A stretch of DNA of 64,000 nt from an uncultured Candidatus Rokubacteria bacterium (GCA_963758635.1 CAVWWD010000003.1:64001-128000), one strand, 5' to 3'; positions 42,417-54,621 are shown, counted from the stretch's first letter. A program made the numbers and translations. The notes: generated by a model not told the origin, from the sequence alone.

Positions 42417-44351
42417 ATGACCGGTTCCGGAGAGCTGGCGCTCCTCGCCCTCGCCGCGCCCGCCGCGTCCTTCGTGCTCCTCGCCCTCGCGTACCCGCTC
42501 CGGCGGGCGGGGCGGGCCGCCGGCGTCGTGTCGATCCTCTTCGCCGCGGGCGCGCTCGCCGCCGCGCTGCGGGCCTGGTCACTCTCCACCCGCGAGGGCT
42601 TCGACCGCCTGGCGTGGACGTGGCTGCCCGCGGAGGGCGGACCGCTCGTCACGGTGGGGGTGCTCGCCGACGCGGACTCGACGGTGATGCTGGTGCTGGT
42701 GACGCTGGTCGCGCTGCTCGTGCAGGTGTACTCGCTGGGCTACCTCTCCGACGAGCCGCCCGCCTCGCTCGGCCGCTACTACGCGTACCAGTCCCTGTTC
42801 GCCTTCTCGATGATGGGGCTCGTCCTCTCGCCGAACTTCGTCCAGCTCTTCGTGTTCTGGGAGCTCGTCGGCCTGTGCTCGTACCTGCTCATCGGCTACT
42901 GGTACCAGCGGCCGGAGGCGGCGCGCGCCGCGGTGAAGGCCTTCTGGACGACGAAGGCGGGCGACGTGGGGCTCCTGATCGGCATCGTGCTCCTGTGGCG
43001 GCACGCGGGGACGTTCGACTTCCTGACCCTGCTCTCGATCGTGGACGCGGGGCGGATGCCCGTCGAAGGGCTGGCCATCATCACCTTCTGCATCTACCTC
43101 GGCGCGGTCGGCAAGTCGGCCCAGTTCCCGCTGCACGTGTGGCTGCCCGACGCCATGGAAGGGCCGACGCCGGTATCCGCCCTCATCCACGCCGCCACCA
43201 TGGTGACGGCGGGCGTGTACCTCCTCCGGCGCACGGAGTGGCTCTTCGCGCTGACGCCGGACGTGCTGGCCCTCGTGGGATGGGTGGGCGCGTTCACCGC
43301 GCTCCTCGCCGCCGTGCTCGCGTGCGTGCAGCTGGACATCAAGCGCGTGCTCGCCTACTCGACGGTGTCGCAGCTCGGCTACATGATGGCGGCCATCGGC
43401 GCGGGGGTGGGCGCGGCCGGGTTCCTGCACCTGCTCACCCACGGGGTGTTCAAGGCCCTGCTCTTCCTGGGGGCGGGGGCGGTGATCCACGCCGTCGGGT
43501 CGAACGACATCGACCGCATGGGCGGCCTCGCCCGGCGCATGCCGCAGACGATGGTCGTGTTCCTCGTCGGGACGCTGTCGCTCGCCGGCATCCCGCTCTT
43601 CGCCGGGTTCTTCTCCAAGGAGGAGATCCTCGGCGCGGTGTGGGGGGCGACGGGGCGCGCGCCGCACTTCACGGTGCCGTTCGCCATGCTCGTCCTCGTG
43701 GCGTTCCTCACCGCGTTCTACATGTTCCGGGTGGTCTTCATCGCCTTCTTCGGGACGCCGGCGGGCGCGGCGGCGGGTGGTCACGGACCGGCGGCCGGCG
43801 GTCACGGCGCCGGGCACGGGACGGGCCACGGCCACGGCGGGCACCTCCACGACGCGCCCGCCGTGATGACGCTGCCCCTCTGGCTCCTCGCCGTGATGTC
43901 GGTGGCCATCGGCGTGTACTTCCAGCTCCACCACCCGGAGACCGAGGTCGCCAGCCCGTCCTGGCTCCCGCCCCTCGCCATCGCCGTCGCGGTGGCCGGC
44001 ATCCTGCTGGCCTGGCTCACCTACCAGCTCCGCGTCATCGATCCGGAGAGCCTCGCCGCCGCCTTCGGGCCCATCCGGCGCGCCGCCCTCGCGCGCTTCT
44101 GGCTGGACGACCTCTTCGCCGCGCTCTACCGCGGGGCCATCCTCGGCGTCTCGCGCGTGGTGGGCTGGATCGACCGCTACCTCGTGGACGGCGTGCTCAA
44201 CGTGCTCAGCGCGTGGACCCTGGACGCCGGCGATCGCCTGCGCCGCATCCAGTCCGGCCAGCCCCAGGACTACGTGTACGGCGTGGCCTTCGGCCTGCTG
44301 CTCATCATCGTGGGCTACCGCGTCAGCGTGTGGCTCAGCTGGATCGGATGA
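42417..44351 (+). CDS. nuoL: NADH-quinone oxidoreductase subunit L
   Basis: WELVGLCSYLLIG, KSAQFPLHVWLPDAMEGPTP and HGVFKALLF. Confidence 0.95.
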   Translation: MTGSGELALLALAAPAASFVLLALAYPLRRAGRAAGVVSILFAAGALAAALRAWSLSTREGFDRLAWTWLPAEGGPLVTVGVLADADSTVMLVLVTLVALLVQVYSLGYLSDEPPASLGRYYAYQSLFAFSMMGLVLSPNFVQLFVFWELVGLCSYLLIGYWYQRPEAARAAVKAFWTTKAGDVGLLIGIVLLWRHAGTFDFLTLLSIVDAGRMPVEGLAIITFCIYLGAVGKSAQFPLHVWLPDAMEGPTPVSALIHAATMVTAGVYLLRRTEWLFALTPDVLALVGWVGAFTALLAAVLACVQLDIKRVLAYSTVSQLGYMMAAIGAGVGAAGFLHLLTHGVFKALLFLGAGAVIHAVGSNDIDRMGGLARRMPQTMVVFLVGTLSLAGIPLFAGFFSKEEILGAVWGATGRAPHFTVPFAMLVLVAFLTAFYMFRVVFIAFFGTPAGAAAGGHGPAAGGHGAGHGTGHGHGGHLHDAPAVMTLPLWLLAVMSVAIGVYFQLHHPETEVASPSWLPPLAIAVAVAGILLAWLTYQLRVIDPESLAAAFGPIRRAALARFWLDDLFAALYRGAILGVSRVVGWIDRYLVDGVLNVLSAWTLDAGDRLRRIQSGQPQDYVYGVAFGLLLIIVGYRVSVWLSWIG

Positions 44352-44382
44352 TGCGGCGGGTGTCCTGGCTCAGGTGGGTCGG

Positions 44383-45921
44383 ATGATGCGCCTGCCGCTG
44401 CTCTCCATCATCACGTGGGCGCCGTTCGTGGGCGCGGTGCTCATCATGTTCCTGGCCCGCCACCATCCCCTCCTCGTGCGCGTCCTCGCCGTGGCGAGCA
44501 CGTCGGTGTCCCTCGTGCTCTCGCTCGTCGTCTACGTGGCGTACGACCGGGAGGCGGCGGGGTTCCAGTTCTACGAGAAGCTCGCGCTCGTCCCCCCGCT
44601 CGGCATCAGCTACGAGCTGGGCGTGGACGGGATGAGCCTGCTCATGGTGCTGCTGACCTCGATCATCATCTTCGCCGGCGCCTTCGCGTCGTGGACGGTG
44701 AAGGAGCGGAGCCAGGAGTTCTACGCCCTCCTCCTCATCCTCGTCACCGGCGTCTACGGGGTCTTCGTCTCCCTCGACCTCTTCGTGTTCTTCCTCTTCT
44801 ACGAGATCGCCGTACTGCCCATGTACCTCCTGATCGGCATCTGGGGCTCGTCGGGCGAGGTCCGGCCCCAGGGGATCTTCGGGTGGGCGTTCGGCCGGAC
44901 CGGGGTCGGCACCAAGGAATACGCGGCGATGAAGCTGACCCTGTACCTCCTCTTCGGGTCGGCGTTCATCCTCGTCGGCATCCTCGCCCTCTACGTCGCG
45001 GGCGGCTCGACGTCGTTCTCGTTCCTGGACATGGAGCAGCTCCGGTACGAGCCGCGGCTCTCGTCGTGGGTGTTCCTCGCCTTCTACGTGGGCTTCGGGA
45101 TCCTCGCCGGCATCTGGCCGCTCCACACCTGGTCGCCCGACGGGCACGCCTCCGCGCCCACCGCGGTGTCGATGCTCCACGCCGGCGTCCTCATGAAGCT
45201 CGGCGCCTATGGTGTCGTTCGGCTCGGCATGGGGCTCCTGCCCGAGGGCACGCTGCAGTGGACGTGGCTCGTGGGCGGCATCGCGTGCGTCAACATCGTC
45301 TACGGCGCGCTCAGCGCGATGGCGCAGACCGACCTCAAGTACGTGATCGCCTACTCCTCGGTCTCGCACATGGGCGTGGTCATGCTCGGCGCGGCCACCC
45401 TCACCGAGTCCGGGCTCAACGGGTCGGTCTTCCAGATGTTCGCCCACGGCATCATGACCGGGCTCTTCTTCGCGCTGGTCGGCCTCGTCTACGAGAAGGC
45501 GCACTCCCGTGCGATCTTCCAGATGGGTGGCTTCGGCCGGATGATGCCGGGCATCGCCACCGCCTTCACCATCGGAAGCCTGTCCTCCCTCGGCCTGCCC
45601 GCCACCGCGGGATTCGTCGCGGAGTTCCTGACCTTCCTGGGGGCCTGGCAGTCCGCCTACTCGTGGTGGCTCTTCCCCGGCGTGCTCGGCGCGTTCCTCA
45701 CCTCGATCTACGTGCTCCGGGTGACGAAGCAGATCTTCTGGGGGCCGCCCGCCACGGACCCGCACTTCCAGCACCTGCCCGACGCGCAGGGGCCGGAGTG
45801 GGTGGCCCTCGTCGTGCTCGTGGGCATGCTCGTGCTGTTCGGGGTCGCGCCGGGCATCGCGATCGCCCCGGTGGACACCGCCACCGTGCGGCTGCTCGAG
45901 CGCCTGGGAGCGATGCCGTGA
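44383..45921 (+). CDS. nuoM: NADH-quinone oxidoreductase subunit M
   Basis: PLHTW.PD.H..APT, KLGAYG, IAYSSVSHMG and FVAEF. Confidence 0.95.
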   Translation: MMRLPLLSIITWAPFVGAVLIMFLARHHPLLVRVLAVASTSVSLVLSLVVYVAYDREAAGFQFYEKLALVPPLGISYELGVDGMSLLMVLLTSIIIFAGAFASWTVKERSQEFYALLLILVTGVYGVFVSLDLFVFFLFYEIAVLPMYLLIGIWGSSGEVRPQGIFGWAFGRTGVGTKEYAAMKLTLYLLFGSAFILVGILALYVAGGSTSFSFLDMEQLRYEPRLSSWVFLAFYVGFGILAGIWPLHTWSPDGHASAPTAVSMLHAGVLMKLGAYGVVRLGMGLLPEGTLQWTWLVGGIACVNIVYGALSAMAQTDLKYVIAYSSVSHMGVVMLGAATLTESGLNGSVFQMFAHGIMTGLFFALVGLVYEKAHSRAIFQMGGFGRMMPGIATAFTIGSLSSLGLPATAGFVAEFLTFLGAWQSAYSWWLFPGVLGAFLTSIYVLRVTKQIFWGPPATDPHFQHLPDAQGPEWVALVVLVGMLVLFGVAPGIAIAPVDTATVRLLERLGAMP

Positions 45922-47327
45922 GCCCGATGGCGCTCGAGCTGGGCCTCGCCGCCCTGATGCTGGTCGTGTTCGTCGCCGGCATGTTCGGCCGGCGGGACGA
46001 CACGCGGCGGGTCGGCGTGATCGCGGCGGTGGGCGTCGTGATCCTCTTCGGCGTGTCGCTGCGCACCGAGCCGGGCGGCGACCTGCTCGGCGGCAGCTTC
46101 GTGCAGGACGCGCTCGCCGTGTTCGCCAAGCGCCTGTTCCTTCTCGCCACCGTCCTCGGCATCGTGGGCTCGCTCGCGCTGCGCAGCCGGGCCTTCGCGC
46201 GCCGGGCCACCGAGTACTACCTGATCCTCCTCGCGTCGCTCCTCGGCATGATGGTGCTGGCCTCCGCGCGCGACCTCGTCCTGCTCTTCGTGGCCTTCGA
46301 GCTGATGTCGGTGCCGCTCTACGTCCTCGCCGGCTTCGACAAGCGCGAGGAGTCGGCGGTGGAGGGCGCGCTCAAGTTCTTCCTGGTCGGCACCGTGTCG
46401 TCGGCGATCATCCTGTACGGGCTCTCGTTCGTCTACGGCGTGACGCGGACGACCGAGGTGGCGGGCATCGCCCGCGCCTTCGGCGACGGCCACCCGCTCC
46501 TGATCCTGGGGCTGATCCTCACCCTGGCCGGCATCGGGTTCAAGATCGCCGCGTTCCCGTTCCACATGTGGGTGCCCGACGCGTACGAGGGGGCCAACAC
46601 CCCGTTCGTGGCGTGGCTCTCGGTGGCCCCGAAGGCCGCCGGGTTCATCGTGATGTTCCGGCTCTACCTCGAGGGCCTGGGCGACGGGGTGCTGCTGTGG
46701 GTGCCGATCGCCGGCGGCCTCGCCGCCATCACGATCGTGGCCGGCAACCTCATGGCCATCCCCCAGCAGAACATCAAGCGCATGCTCGCCTACTCGGGCG
46801 TGGCCCACATCGGCTACATGCTGGTGGGGTTCGCCGCGGTCTCGGACGCCGGCGTCGCGATGATGCTCTTCTACCTGGTGGCCTACCTCTTCGGAAACAT
46901 GGGCGCCTTCCTCGTGGTGGAGGCGGTGGCGCAGGCCGAGGGCTCGGAGAGCATCGCGGCGTACCGCGGGCTGGCCCAGCGCTCGCCCGTCCTCGCCCTC
47001 TGCATGCTGCTGTTCCTGCTCTCGCTCGGCGGCATCCCGTTCGTGGTCGGCTTCTGGGCCAAGCTCTACGTGTTCTGGGCGGCGGCCCAGCAGGGGCTCT
47101 ACTGGCTGGTGCTGGTGGGCGCGGTCCTGACGGTGGTCGCGCTCTTCTACTACCTGCTCGTGGCCAAGCGCATGTACATCGATCCCCCCGAGCGTCCGGA
47201 CCCCCTCGAGGTGCCGTTCCTGCTGAAGCTGGGTATCGCCGGCTGCGCGGCCGGGGTGGTCGTGCTCGGGCTGTATCCGAAGCCGGTGGTGATGGCCGCG
47301 CTCCGCGTGGCCTCGACGCTGTTCTGA
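45918..47327 (+). CDS. nuoN: NADH-quinone oxidoreductase subunit N
   Basis: EGALKFF, FKIAAFPFHMWVPDAYEG, KRMLAYS and SLGGIP. Confidence 0.93.
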   Translation: MSPMALELGLAALMLVVFVAGMFGRRDDTRRVGVIAAVGVVILFGVSLRTEPGGDLLGGSFVQDALAVFAKRLFLLATVLGIVGSLALRSRAFARRATEYYLILLASLLGMMVLASARDLVLLFVAFELMSVPLYVLAGFDKREESAVEGALKFFLVGTVSSAIILYGLSFVYGVTRTTEVAGIARAFGDGHPLLILGLILTLAGIGFKIAAFPFHMWVPDAYEGANTPFVAWLSVAPKAAGFIVMFRLYLEGLGDGVLLWVPIAGGLAAITIVAGNLMAIPQQNIKRMLAYSGVAHIGYMLVGFAAVSDAGVAMMLFYLVAYLFGNMGAFLVVEAVAQAEGSESIAAYRGLAQRSPVLALCMLLFLLSLGGIPFVVGFWAKLYVFWAAAQQGLYWLVLVGAVLTVVALFYYLLVAKRMYIDPPERPDPLEVPFLLKLGIAGCAAGVVVLGLYPKPVVMAALRVASTLF

Positions 47328-47394
47328 TCCGTCCGCCCTGCCAGCAGTAGGACTTTCGTCCCGGTTGCCTTCGCCGTTTGGCCGCCCCACACTT

Positions 47395-47416
47395 CTGTAC
47401 CAACCAGTCGGTACAG
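47395..47416. promoter_or_regulatory. Palindromic putative TetR operator
   Basis: CTGTACC-AACCAGTC-GGTACAG overlaps the RBS of the TetR gene. Confidence 0.65.
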
Positions 47417-47426
47417 GAGGCCAGAC

Positions 47427-48050
47427 GTGGGTGTCGAGACGAAGAGCGCCAAGGGGGCGGCGACCCGGGACCAGATCCTGGACGCGGCGTCCCGGATCAT
47501 CCATCTGCGCGGCTACCACTGCACGTCGCTCGACGACGTGCTCCGCGAGGTGAACGTCGGCAAGGGCAACTTCTACTACCACTTCAAGAGCAAGGAAGAG
47601 CTGGGCTTCGCGATCATCGATCGCATCGTCCAGGGCTTCGTGGAGCGCACGCTCGAGCCGTCGTTCGCCGATCCGGACGGCGACGCCCTCGAGCAGATCA
47701 ACGCGTTCCTGGACCGGATCCTCGAGGCGCAGCGCCGGCGGAAGTGCGTGGGGGGCTGCCCGCTCGGGAACCTGGCCTCCGAGCTGTCCGACGTCCACGA
47801 GGGGTTCCGGCAGCGCCTCGCCGACAGCTTCGCGCAGTGGCGGCTGAAGCTCGCCGAGGCGCTCGAGCGTGGCCAGGCCCGCGGCCGGCTCCGCGCCGAC
47901 CTCGACCCCTCCGGCGCGGCCGAGTTCTTCGTGGCCTCGCTCGAAGGCGCCATCCTCCTCTCGAAGGTCACGCGCGACATCGCGGTCATGGAGAAATGCG
48001 TGCTGGAGCTGCGCAACCACCTGACGCTCTACGAGGAGCCCCGGTCATGA
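47427..48050 (+). CDS. TetR/AcrR family regulator (NemR/LmrA-like)
   Basis: HTH KGNFYYHFKSKEEL and GCPLGNL. Confidence 0.9.
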   Translation: MGVETKSAKGAATRDQILDAASRIIHLRGYHCTSLDDVLREVNVGKGNFYYHFKSKEELGFAIIDRIVQGFVERTLEPSFADPDGDALEQINAFLDRILEAQRRRKCVGGCPLGNLASELSDVHEGFRQRLADSFAQWRLKLAEALERGQARGRLRADLDPSGAAEFFVASLEGAILLSKVTRDIAVMEKCVLELRNHLTLYEEPRS

Positions 48051-48700
48051 GCGCCGAGACGCGACCCGTCGCGACCGAGCCGAGCCCGAGCAACGCGGGC
48101 GGCGGCCCGCGGCGCCCGGACCCGGACGCCGGGCTCCTCGAGAAGCTCCGGCGGCACGATGCCGACGCCTCCGAGCAGCTGATCGCCACCTTCGGCGACC
48201 GGGTATACCGGCTCGCCATCCGGATCACCGGCAACGAGCAGGACGCGGAGGAAGTGGTGCAGGACGCGCTCTGGACGGCGGCGCGGAAGATCGACATGTT
48301 CAAGGGCGAGTCGGCCTTCGGGAGCTGGCTCTACCGGATCACCGCCAACGCGGCGTACCAGAAGCTGCGCGGCCGGCGGGACAAGAACCACGAGGTGCCG
48401 CTCGAGGACCTGCTGCCGACCTTCGACGAGACGGGCCAGCACATGGAGTCGGTGTCGGACTGGTCGCACCGGATGGAGGAGCCGGCCGTGCAGTCCGAGC
48501 TGCGCTCGGTGCTGTCCTCGGCGATCGACGCGTTGCCCCCGGACTACCGGACGGCCTTCCTGATGCACGACGTGGAGGGGCTCTCGAACCCGGAGATCGC
48601 GGAGACGCTCGGGATCAGCCTGCCCGCCGTGAAGTCCCGGGTGCACCGCTCCCGGCTCTTCCTCCGGCAGCGCCTGGCCCGCTACCTGGACGCGGCCTGA
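48047..48700 (+). CDS. ECF sigma-70 family factor
   Basis: DAEEVVQDA, FGSWLYRI and EIAETLGISLPAVKSRVHR. Confidence 0.92.
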   Translation: MSAETRPVATEPSPSNAGGGPRRPDPDAGLLEKLRRHDADASEQLIATFGDRVYRLAIRITGNEQDAEEVVQDALWTAARKIDMFKGESAFGSWLYRITANAAYQKLRGRRDKNHEVPLEDLLPTFDETGQHMESVSDWSHRMEEPAVQSELRSVLSSAIDALPPDYRTAFLMHDVEGLSNPEIAETLGISLPAVKSRVHRSRLFLRQRLARYLDAA

Positions 48701-48709
48701 CCGACGGCG

Positions 48710-48735
48710 CGGACCGGGGCTAAGCCCCCGTCCCG
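48710..48735 (+). terminator. GC-rich hairpin after the sigma gene
   Basis: ggaccggggc taa gcccccgtcc inverted repeat; weak U-tract. Confidence 0.4.
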
Positions 48736-48808
48736 CCTTGACGTTCTCGCCGTACCTGTGGTTTCATGTGTGCTCGCGACGATTCCAAGCATAGAAAGGT
48801 CTCAGGGG

Positions 48809-49121
48809 ATGGAAGCGGTCATCGCAACGGGCGGCAAGCAGTACCGGGTGAGCCCCGGCCAGGTCATCAAGGTGGAGCGCCTCGGCAAGCCCTCGGGCGC
48901 CCCCGTCGAGTTCACCAGCGTGCTCCTCGTCAACCAGGACGGGCAGGTGACCGTCGAGCCCGGCGCGCTCGGCTCCGCCAAGGTCACGGGTCGAGGTGGT
49001 CGGCGAGCGCAAGGAGCGGAAGGTCCTCGTGGTGAAGTTCAAGCGGCGCAAGAACTATCGCCGGCACCGCGGCCACCGGCAGATCATGACGGCGGTGCGG
49101 ATCACCGGGATCGAGGTGTAA
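48809..49121 (+). CDS. rplU: 50S ribosomal protein L21 (indel near 48990)
   Basis: AVIATGGKQYRV and KFKRRKNYRRHRGHRQ. Confidence 0.93.
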
Positions 49122-49122
49122 A

Positions 49123-49175
49123 AGCCCCGCGCATCAGACTGATGCCGAGCGGTGGGATTGTAGCGGCCCGTGACG
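49123..49175 (-). repeat. Hairpin repeat family A, copy 3 (between rplU and rpmA, opposite orientation to the operon)
   Basis: agccccgcgcatcagactgatgccgagcggtgggattgtag matches copy 1. Confidence 0.88.
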
Positions 49176-49205
49176 CATACCGCATTCTACGAGGTCATTT
49201 AGGTC

Positions 49206-49463
49206 ATGGCGCACAAGAAGGGTGTCGGCAGCTCCAGGAACGGCCGCGACTCCAACTCGCAGCGGCTCGGGGTGAAGCGCTTCGGCGGGCAGTTCGTCTC
49301 CGCGGGCAGCATCCTGGTCCGGCAGCGCGGGACGCGTTTCAAGGCGGGCGTCGACGTGGGCGTGGGCGTGGACCACACGCTCTTCGCCAAGTCCGAAGGC
49401 TACGTGCTCTTCGAGCGGCGGGGCGACCACAAGTACGTCAGCATCGCCCAAGCTCCCGCCTGA
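49206..49463 (+). CDS. rpmA: 50S ribosomal protein L27
   Basis: [16 protein letters not shown]. Confidence 0.97.
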   Translation: MAHKKGVGSSRNGRDSNSQRLGVKRFGGQFVSAGSILVRQRGTRFKAGVDVGVGVDHTLFAKSEGYVLFERRGDHKYVSIAQAPA

Positions 49464-49497
49464 TCCCTCCCAGGGCCGCCTGGCCCGCCCTGCGTGA

Positions 49498-51635
<2,138 letters not shown>

Positions 51636-51641
<6 letters not shown>

Positions 51642-51829
51642 AGAATGAATCGCGAGACCTCCATGCGTGAGTTCACGGAATCGCGGTGTTGCCCAGCACG
51701 GCGAAGTCGAAGTCCGCTTCTCTCCACAACTCTGGGGTAGAGAATGAATCGCGAGACGGCCACGCGTGTGTACGCGGAATCGCGGTGTTGTCCCGCACGG
51801 CGAAGCCGAAGTCCGCTTCTCTCCACAAC
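51636..51829. mobile_element. MITE-like element family B, two tandem copies (51636-51730 and 51735-51829)
   Basis: gggtagagaatgaatcgcgagac...ggaatcgcggtgttg...gtccgcttctctccacaac repeated with a 99-bp period. Confidence 0.85.
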
Positions 51830-51851
51830 CGGTCCCGGAGGAGCCTGAGTC

Positions 51852-53109
51852 ATGGACATCGCGGCGACGGTGGAGGCGCGAGCGCGGGCCGCCAAGGAGG
51901 CGTCGCGCCACCTCCAGGTGGCGACCACGCGCGCCAAGAACGACGGCCTCGCCCAGATGGCGCGCGGCCTCGAGGAGAAGTCGGCGGTCATCATCGAGGC
52001 CAACCGCGCCGATCTCGAGCGCGCCCGCGCCACGGGCTTCACGCGGGCCTTCATGGACCGGCTCACCCTCACCGACGACCGGATCGACGCGATGGCCGCG
52101 GGCATCCGGCACGTCGCGTCGCTGCCCGATCCGGTGGGCGAGACGGTGGAGACGTGGCGCCGGCCCAACGGCCTCGAGATCGCCCGCGTGCGCGTGCCGC
52201 TGGGCGTGGTGGGCTTCATCTACGAGTCGCGCCCCAACGTGACCGCGGACGCCGCCGCGCTCTGCCTGAAGGCGGGCAACGCCGTCGTGCTGCGGGGTGG
52301 GAGCGAGGCCCTCGAGTCGAACACGATGATCGCCCACGTCCTCGCCAAGGCCATCGAGAAGGCCGGGCTGCCCGCCGACGCCGTGCAGTACCTGGACACG
52401 CCGGACCGGCAGGCCGTGATGGCGCTCCTCACGCTGGACCGCTACCTCGACCTGATCATTCCGCGCGGGGGCGAGGAGTTCACCCGCCTCGTGGCCGAGC
52501 GCGCGACCGTCCCCGTGCTCAAGCACGACAAGGGGCTCTGCCACGTCTACGTGGACGAGGGCGCCGACCTCGAGATGGCGGTGTCGATCGCGGTGAACGC
52601 CAAGGCGCAGCGCGTGAGCGTGTGCAACGCGGCGGAGACGCTGCTCGTGCACGCCGCCGTCGCGCCGCGCTTCCTCCCCGCCGCGGCGGCCCGGCTGACC
52701 GAGGCCGGCGTGGAGCTGCGCGGCGACGCCCGCACGCGGGCCCTCGTGCCCGGCGCGCGCCCCGCAGAGGACGCGGACTGGGACACGGAGTACCTCGACT
52801 ACATCCTCGCCATCCGCGTGGTCGACAGCTTCGAGGATGCGGTGGCGCACATCCGCCGGCACGGGTCGGGCCTCGCCGAGGCCATCGTGACGTTCCGACC
52901 TGCGGCGCGCCCGGCGCTTCACCCACGAGGTGGACGCCGCCGCCGTGCTCGTCAACGCCTCCACGCGCCTCGTCGACGGCTCGCAGTTCGGCATGGGCGC
53001 GGAGATGGGCATCTCCACCTCCAAGCTCCACGCGCGCGGGCCGGTGGGCGTGCGCGAGCTGACCACCACGAAGTTCGTCGTGATCGGCGACGGGCACATC
53101 CGGGAGTAG
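51852..53109 (+). CDS. proA: Gamma-glutamyl phosphate reductase (indel near 52895)
   Basis: [28 protein letters not shown] and [16 protein letters not shown]. Confidence 0.93.
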
Positions 53110-53125
53110 CGGACTGGCCGCCCGC

Positions 53126-53752
53126 GTGGGGGTGTTCGGAGGATCGTTCAACCCGATTCATCTCGGTCACCTGCTCGTCGCCGACGAGGTCGTGGAGCGG
53201 CTCGCCCTCGACCGGCTGCTCTTCGTGCCCGCGGCGTCGCCGCCGCACAAGCCCGCGGGCGACCTCGCGCCCGCCCGTGACCGCCTCGAGATGACGCGCC
53301 TCGCCGTCGCCGGGCACCGGCGCTTCACGGTGTCCGACGTGGAGATCCGCCGGCCGGGCCCGTCCTACACGGTGGACACCCTCCGCGCGCTCGCCGCCGA
53401 AGGCGATCTCCACCTCCTGATGGGCGCGGAGAACTTCCTCGACCTCCTCGGGTGGCGCGCCCCCGCCGAGGTGGCGGCCCTCGCTCGGCTCGTGGTGGTG
53501 CCGCGGTCGGGCGGCGCCTTCGATCCCGACGCGCCCGCGGCCCAGAAGGTCCTCCACGAGCTCGCGCTGCCGCCGTTCAGCCGGGAACCCCGCGCGCCGG
53601 GCCGGGCGCCGCTGCTCGTCGCCGCCGCGTCGCTGCCCGTCTCCGCGTCGGATCTGAGGCGTCGCGCGCGCGAGGGCCGGAGCCTCGCCTATCGCACGCC
53701 GGAGGCCGTCGTCGCCTACATCCGCGCGCACGGCCTCTACCGGGACGCCTGA
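53126..53752 (+). CDS. nadD: Nicotinate-nucleotide adenylyltransferase
   Basis: GGSFNPIHLGH, PPHK, SYTVDTL and SAS. Confidence 0.93.
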   Translation: MGVFGGSFNPIHLGHLLVADEVVERLALDRLLFVPAASPPHKPAGDLAPARDRLEMTRLAVAGHRRFTVSDVEIRRPGPSYTVDTLRALAAEGDLHLLMGAENFLDLLGWRAPAEVAALARLVVVPRSGGAFDPDAPAAQKVLHELALPPFSREPRAPGRAPLLVAAASLPVSASDLRRRAREGRSLAYRTPEAVVAYIRAHGLYRDA

Positions 53753-54102
53753 TGCCCGAGCCCATCGACCCTACCGTGCGGGTGCTCGCCCTCGCCGCGC
53801 TGGACAAGAAGGCGGAGTCGCTCGTCGTGCTCGACCTGCAGGGCCTGTCCGGCGTGGCCGACTACTTCCTCCTCTGCAGCGCGCGCTCCCCCGCGCACCT
53901 CGAAACCATCGCCGACGCCGTGCACGCCGCCGTGAAGGCGCGCGGCACGCGCCTGCGCCACCGCGAGGGCACCGCGAAGAGCGGGTGGCTCATCCTCGAC
54001 TGCGGCGACGTCGTCGTGCACATGTTCCTCGAGGAGACGCGGGCGTTCTACGCGCTCGAGCGGCTGTGGGGCGACGCGCCCGTGGTGTCCGTCGAGGGAT
54101 GA
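53752..54102 (+). CDS. rsfS: Ribosome silencing factor
   Basis: DKKA, DYFLLCS and WLILDCGDVVVH.F....R.FY.LERLW. Confidence 0.93.
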   Translation: MPEPIDPTVRVLALAALDKKAESLVVLDLQGLSGVADYFLLCSARSPAHLETIADAVHAAVKARGTRLRHREGTAKSGWLILDCGDVVVHMFLEETRAFYALERLWGDAPVVSVEG

Positions 54103-54141
54103 CGTTCGCGCGCGGGCCAGCGCGCGGACGTGGTCGTTCGA

Positions 54142-54170
54142 TTGATTTCACCCAGGGGGCATGGTAGCCT
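54142..54170 (+). promoter_or_regulatory. Putative sigma70 promoter of the dksA-like gene
   Basis: TTGATT-17 nt-TAGCCT with a TG extension. Confidence 0.45.
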
Positions 54171-54233
54171 GCGCCTCTGTCGCGGGCCGGTCGAGCCCGC
54201 GGTCGCTGTCACGCGGACGGTGAGGAGGGAGGC

Positions 54234-54599
54234 ATGAGGAAGGAGCGGCTGGCCCACTTCCGCAAGAAGCTGGAGGAGAAGCATCGCCAGCTCGTGGACG
54301 AGGTAGGGAAGACCGTGCTGTATGGCAAGGGTCCGGAGGACGACTCGATCAAGGACCTCGGCGACCAGGCCTCGAGCGCGTACAACCGCGAGTTTCTCTT
54401 CGAGCTGGGCAATGGCGACCGTCGGGTGCTGAAGGAGGTCCAGTCCGCCCTCCAGAAGCTCGACGACGGTGGCTTCGGGGACTGTGAGCGCTGCGGCGAG
54501 GCGATCGCCGAGAAGCGGCTGGAGGCCTTGCCCTTCGCCCGCTACTGCATCGACTGCCAGCGGGCGGCCGAGGAGGAAGAGCGGACTGCTGCCGGCTGA
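54234..54599 (+). CDS. dksA: TraR/DksA family C4 zinc-finger regulator
   Basis: Coiled-coil tip DLGDQA (DxxDxA) and CERC...RLEALP..RYCIDC. Confidence 0.8.
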   Translation: MRKERLAHFRKKLEEKHRQLVDEVGKTVLYGKGPEDDSIKDLGDQASSAYNREFLFELGNGDRRVLKEVQSALQKLDDGGFGDCERCGEAIAEKRLEALPFARYCIDCQRAAEEEERTAAG

Positions 54600-54621
54600 C
54601 GCGGCCGGCGGCCGCTCGCCC

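Noticed and set aside
43780..43855. His/Gly-rich insert in NuoL
   Set aside because: His-rich loops at this position are common in NuoL.
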